Of a DNA stretch of 64,000 nt, positions 63,318 to 64,000 are shown in pieces. The translations under genes were made by a program, and so were the position numbers. Source of the stretch: Octopus sinensis. Its lineage: Eukaryota. Within the stretch, counting starts at the first letter, position 1, and each line of letters starts with the position of its first letter. The stretch lies in NCBI RefSeq assembly GCF_006345805.1, contig NC_043002.1, forward strand, positions 94,922,001 to 94,986,000, given 5' to 3'. The notes under the pieces were generated by a model. That model saw nothing but the letters and a program-made list of their open reading frames with translations, made no database searches and was not told where the DNA came from.

Positions 63318-64000
63318 AACATGACCTGAGCTGGATTCCCAGTAAAGTAGTAACAAAGAATACTCATAGAAAAAGAGGGTGCAGCTGATTCTGTCCATTA
63401 GTTTGCCTACAATCATAAGTCATGAGCTGTATTTGCAACTATTTATTTATTTTTTTGTTTGTTTTGCTCTGGAGCCAAGGTGGAGGGTAAAGTAAGACAG
63501 AGGGGCCCAAGTCTGTGAAGGTTAACTGAGGTGTTACTGTAGTTGTTTGTATGAATTACATATTTTGTTCACCCATTTGTTGAATGCTGTTTTTCCATGC
63601 TAACATGGGTTGGGCAGAGATCTATTTGAATGTAGCATTTTATGGCCAGATGCCCTTCTTGTTGCCAGCCCTTACCTCATGTGTGTCAGCACACACACAC
63701 ATACACAAATTCTTTCAAGTAGCATCTACTATATCCATTCATAAGGCTTTGATCAGCCCAGATCTATAGTAGAAGATACTTACCCAAGTTATCATGAAAT
63801 GGGACTTAACCCAAAACCATGTTGTTGTGAAGCAAACTTCTCAAAAGCAGCAACATCTGCTTATATATATGTTGATAGATAAAAGATAGATAGATATGTA
63901 GATGTAGGTAGATATTGATAAATGGACAGGTATATAAAGTATGTATGTCGCTATTTTTGCTTACTATATGGAATGTATTATACAATATTTGTTTTCACAA

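Overview
AT-rich, repeat-saturated eukaryotic DNA, almost certainly intronic or intergenic. The tRNA-SINE families, RTE LINEs with (GAT)n tails and abundant (TA)n/(CA)n microsatellites point to an octopus (cephalopod) genome. I can support no intact host protein-coding gene; most ORF-track entries are microsatellite or SINE artefacts. Coding remnants: a CR1/L2-group LINE 3' end (1.0-1.9 kb), a Penelope-like GIY-YIG endonuclease fragment (3.7-4.0 kb), RTE LINE pieces (10.5, 13.7, 42.8 kb and a young copy at 45.2-47.0 kb), a Tc1 transposase pseudogene (32.4-33.8 kb) and a Merlin-like element (40.0-41.3 kb). There are also many SINEs, piggyBac/hAT/Merlin-type MITEs, minisatellites and a 100-N gap. 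The strongest signal is RNA-structural. Several small non-coding elements sitting in (TA)n tracts carry hammerhead ribozyme motifs. One is an intact type I hammerhead in a ~487-nt tandem, retrozyme-like repeat (22.7-22.8 kb, minus strand). Two unrelated repeat families (22.0/44.8 kb and 32.2/59.5 kb) carry the three hammerhead strands in a non-circularly permuted order, with compensatory stem I changes between the copies of one family. All folds were made by eye and need computational and biochemical checks.
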